From assembly GCF_009914755.1 (NCBI RefSeq), contig NC_060926.1: a stretch of DNA of 64,000 bases; one strand, written 5' to 3'. The stretch is from the human T2T-CHM13v2.0 reference genome, Homo sapiens. Below are positions 58,101 through 64,000 of this stretch, one piece after another. Each line of letters opens with the position of its first letter. Position 1 is the first letter of the stretch. The translations under genes were made by a program, and so were the position numbers. Under the pieces are notes generated by a model. That model made no database searches. It worked only from the letters and a program-made list of their open reading frames with translations, and had not been told where the DNA came from.

Positions 58101-58906
58101 TACTGTTATATAGATGCCGGTAGATATGCAACAAGGTGATATTTAAAATATTTAGCAACTGGTAAGGCATGAAACCAACCAATCCGAAAAGCTGGTTTGT
58201 ACAGGCTGATTATCAACCTACTATATGAGAACCAATAATAAGATAGGCTGAAAGTAGTTTTATATAAAGTAGTTAGCATTATACATAAATAAATTATTCA
58301 AGGTCAAAGACAGCTCCTGTAAAACTTGTAAAGGAGCTTACAAGAGAAACTGGATAGAGATATATAGCAATTCATCTTTTAAAAAAATCAGAGTGCATAT
58401 GCTTGCATCATTTTTCATATGAAGGTCATTTGAAAATAGAAATCATTCTTATTACTCAAGACATTATGCTAAAAGATAGAGAAAGAACATATATGGTCTT
58501 TGATAGAACCCCTGGCAAGATGTCTTGTATTGAATGTGAAAAAATAACGGCATGATAAATACATAATTTTATTCCATCCTACTCTGAAATTTGCTGACCG
58601 GTTCAAATCTACAATTTTTGCTAGGGGAAATCTTCAAGTTCTGATTGACCTTAAAAAGTACTTTTTTACTCATAGTTGGAGTTTTTTAACCCATAGAGTC
58701 TTTTCTTCTGAATTTGAATTAAAAAAATAAATGTCAAGGGGTAATTACTTGACTCAGGTAGGTTCTTAATTTAAATTTAACAGAGACTAACTTGCTATAG
58801 AAACTAATCTTGATTGATGTTTTCAACTAAATAGATCATAACCATAATAAAATAAAACAGTATGGTTAATTTTTCAAATTATCAATTTTAGCCCCTGCTT
58901 TCCCCT

Positions 58907-59128
58907 TAGGCAACATCTGGCCTGCAGCTTATTTATGTAAATAAAAAGTTTTATTGGAACAGTCACACCCATTTGCATTAGTTTTTGTTTTGTTTGGTTT
59001 TGCTTTAATTATCTATGGCTGCTTTCCTACCAAAAAGAGCAGAGTTGAGTTGCTGCCACAGAGAACACGTAGCATATAAAAGCCTGACTATAATCCAGCC
59101 TTATAAAAAAAAAGTTTACTGATACCTA
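58907..59128. mobile_element. hAT-Charlie MITE (MER58A-like)
   Basis: gtaaataaaaagttttattggaacagtcacacc...tatggctgctttc...gcagagttgagt. Confidence 0.75.
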
Positions 59129-59722
59129 CTCAAGCTTGGCTTCCTGAACTCAAAGTCTAGACCTGCCATTTTCTAACTTTCTAACCTTGGGGTAACCTTG
59201 GGTTAACCCCAGGTTCTTGGTCTGTCATATTTTGAGGAATAAGTAAATTATTATTTGTGAATTATTTGTAACAGTGTTTAGCACTTAGCAAATACTTTGT
59301 AAATATTAGTGACTTATTACCACCACCACATAGTCTTTCTAACACTCTTCAGTGCAACTAATTTTAAGAAATATACACATGAGCTTTGGTTATTAAATGC
59401 AATTGGTTTTCCGTTGAAATTATGTATTGCTCTCACTGGAGGGCTATTTGGTTATATTTAACAAGAAAATTTAAGAACATTACATGTCTGAATCAATGTA
59501 GATAATTCACCTTGGGGACTGTAAATATCTTGAAACTCTAAAGGCAAGTTCTAGTGACCTATCTAGGCAGACAGTTGTGAAGCAAAAGTGATCTAAAAAG
59601 TATAATACAATGTGAATTGGTCTTAGAAATGTCTTTAATTATAAGATTATAATATTTCCATAAGAGAAATTTGTAAGTTGTGGAGTTTGGTTTTGTTTTG
59701 CTTTAATTATCTAAGCAGGCTA

Positions 59723-59887
<165 letters not shown>

Positions 59888-61413
59888 TTAAATATGACAT
59901 CTCAACCTATTAAGTTCTTACAAAGTAACTTAGAAGTTTGATATTATAACATTCAATCAACAAATGTTTATTTAGCACCTGTTACATGTTACAAGTTACT
60001 CTGCAACTTTGTTGTCTGCTTTCATTATCTGAGGATGTTGCTCATATACATGATTACATATATAGAATATAGAATATATATCCTTTCAAGATGTTTACAC
60101 TACTGTCAAATTCTACTTGTGTGCATGAAAAAGGCTTTGAATAGTGAAGACAGCATGGAAATAGGATAGCAAAAGAATATCTGATTTGGATGGTATCATC
60201 GACTTTTTGAGATGGTTGCTCTACTTTTTGAAGCTCAGTTGTATCATCTGTAATTTAGAAGACTGGGCTAAGGAATGTTAGAGGTTCTTCTCAGGCTGAA
60301 TATTATCTAAATATTCAGCAGCAAGAAAAACAATTAAAAAAGCATATTCTCATGTTCTTCAAGTTCAGATTGATTTATGAATTAATTTTCAAGAATGAAT
60401 ATTTAAGATTTATTTTTCAAAGGCAAGTGCTAGGGGATATTGAGCACATATTAATTTGTCTACATTATTAAAGCATGTGTATATGTGTGTGCGTGAAGGA
60501 ATTTTATTATCTCTGAAGAAATATAAAATATTTATATTGGCCGTTGTTAGTTCTCTTTTCCTATCAAAATATAATTATAATATCTGAACAGGATTTATCC
60601 CTTGGGAAAGTATAAAGTTGGTAGAGTTTGAGTGAAATACAACATTAAGCTAAATAATAGCATTTCTGGGTAAAGTGAATTATAGCATTTGAATGAGGAC
60701 AATGATTTTGATAAGACATACAAGGATGCACAGGTTGTACAAGAATACATTTTAAAAGGTGTATTTTCCCAAATGAACGCAAAAGCAAATATGAGAGCAT
60801 GAGGACAAAAACCGAAAAATCTCAAATTTTAGCTTCTTAGCCCTGACATCAGAAAATATTTCTTATAAGATTTTTAACATTAAAATGAAAGAATGAAAAA
60901 TAATAGTTTGTTATTCCTGAACAAAACATCTTTACTTCCTGTCTTTCTTACTATCAGCTAGTTATAGTCATAAAGAAAAAAAGTTCAAAAAGTTTTTCAC
61001 TTTGAACTTTTATGCTACAACATATGTATTTGTGTTACTCAAAGTTGCAGTATCATCAGGAGACCTGAACACAAGAATTATTTTAAAACATAGTAACAAT
61101 AATAAAGAAAATAAAAGATTTTAACTTTTAGAAAGTGAATTTATGGTTGCATTCTTCCTAGGCAGAATGAATAGGGAAATCTATGTGCCAAATGCAAAAT
61201 AATAAGCCAAGTTCCTTGCAAAAAATTAAAAAGAAAATAAAGCAGAAACAGAAAAAAGAAAACAGCCCAATACTCAAAGGCTTCATTTTCTCACTGATGT
61301 TATCTAGGGTGGAAAACAGGCTTATTATTCATTATTCAATAAAATAACCACAGAGAAGATTACTTTATGAAGACATGGCATCAATATTAAAGTATCCCTA
61401 AAGTGTAGTTTTA

Positions 61414-61730
<317 letters not shown>

Positions 61731-63215
61731 ATAAGAATATAAATTCAATGTAAAGTATTTTATACTTCTTTTTAAAATAAATATTTATTAAATTATTCTT
61801 TTTTTTTCATTATTTCATTCATTATTTCACTATTTTCTGGGACTGACTAGTTAAAAATTTTACTATCTGATACACATGATATTGGTCCTAATCTTTATAC
61901 TTAAACAGAGAATATTTCTAATTAGGAGAAAAAAATAATCAAATAATTGGTTAAGCCAATTTGCACTTCTATGGTCAAGAATAATCCTTTATAGTTTAAG
62001 ACAGTATGTCTTCATAACAACTGATCTATTGATTAAAACTTAGAGTCAACCATAGACACTTTCATTACAAGTAATTTCAATTAGGGTAAAACACTCATGC
62101 ACAATAGACAAATAAATGCTCTTAATACAAGTTAATAAAGCTTTATTATTAAATGCTTAAATGGGTAACATTTTTCTCTGCTGAGGACATTAGATAGTGT
62201 TTAGTCTTGAGTTACAGGGTATCCAAGGTTTAAAATAAAATTTAATTTACAGACCACATTATCTTTAAAAATATAGGAGTGATTATACTCTAGGAACAAT
62301 GTAAGATTGAGTTATCTTAAAAATGGAAGTACGTTATAATACATTTAAATTTTTCCATTTATCTCTTTTTTTCTCCCTATTTCTGTTCTTCATAAACACA
62401 TAAATTTGCCTACTTGCTTTAAATTTTGTCAATGTCACATGCAGAATTGGTAACAGGCAGGAAGCCCTAATATTTTTCTACTGACTTGTCCTATGGTTCA
62501 GCACAGAAGCCTTCAGTTACATCTGTGAATACGGAGATTTGTAGCATTTACTAGATAATTCAGGTGGGGAAAAATCCTGCAATCAATCATTAGAATGGGA
62601 ATTTATGGCATAGCTAAGTGATCCAGAATGATTGTCAGTATGGATCAAATTCACAGCAGTACTTTCAATTTGTCAATTTAAATAATCAAGACTGCAATTT
62701 AGGACTCTACATTTATTATCCACATAATTCGTTGATATTTTATTGTAGAAATGAGTACAGATTAAAATTATTAAAGATGTAAATACAATTGCAGTAAATA
62801 GATACAAACTTTAAGGATATAAAATGATACAGTCTGAGTCTGTTTTTTTCTAGCACAATCTAAATTGAGAAACAGAAACATTTGTTTCTTTGAACATATA
62901 CAAATCTGAAGATGAGAAAAGGCATCAAGTCAGCCTAGAACAGTGCCTATGCAAAGTAGGTACTCAAATTTTTGTCAAATTAAGATCAAATTTAATTGAA
63001 TAAAATATGCATACTAAAAGATTAGAAAACTTCTGCATTTTGACCTTAGAATACAAGTTTTATTTTAAGGATATTAGATTATTTTGGAGCACTTGGAGAG
63101 AAAAATTAAGGTTTATATTCTAATTATTAATATTTTTTGTTAAATAAATCTCTGTTTTAAATAGAAAAAAATGAATATTTCAAAATGCAACATTTCTAAG
63201 ATCCAATTAACTTTA

Positions 63216-63611
<396 letters not shown>

Positions 63612-64000
63612 CCAAAGTAACTTTTGGGAATTGTAGTAATGGATATTACAAGAATAATTCAGCATTTGCCCAGAAGAGTTTCTTAATCTTGTTATTTACC
63701 ATTAAAATAAATTTCACCACAATTAATCTTGGGCCTAGCCTCTGAATTGGTCCTGTAATTAAGGCAAATAAGTAAACATACACATGCCATCATTTGAGCT
63801 TTTCCTTTCCAGAAATATCTCTTATTGAAAACACATGATGTCATCTTTTCCTCCTATCTGACCTCAATTTTGCATATAATGTCACATTTTTAGTTTGCTT
63901 ATGATGACAAAGACATCAAAACCATGGAAATTATTTACAAAATCATAAATGTAACCAAGTAGGCAAAAAATGATTTAGAAGCTAGTTCCAACCTATTAAG

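Overview
Human genomic DNA (it carries a human-specific AluYa5) lying wholly inside ERBB4/HER4, which is transcribed on the minus strand. Only two coding exons are present, both in the kinase domain: exon 19 (59768-59866, 99 nt, [17 protein letters not shown]...EFMD, missed by the ORF track) and exon 20 (2423-2608, 186 nt, EALIMASMD...VQIAK). They are separated by a 57,159-bp GT-AG intron. The rest is AT-rich intron packed with Alus, truncated L1s, HAL1, L2/MIR, DNA-transposon MITEs and several LTRs. The most interesting signal is a sense-oriented LTR6A-like solo LTR (32447-32994) with an intact TATA box and no poly(A) signal. It is followed 16 bp downstream by a strong splice donor, and splicing to exon 20 would give an AUG-free leader whose first AUG is in-frame ERBB4 Met772 in strong Kozak context. 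This is a hypothesis with no expression evidence. Repeat subfamily names and exon/residue numbers come from recalled consensus and reference sequences, not database searches.
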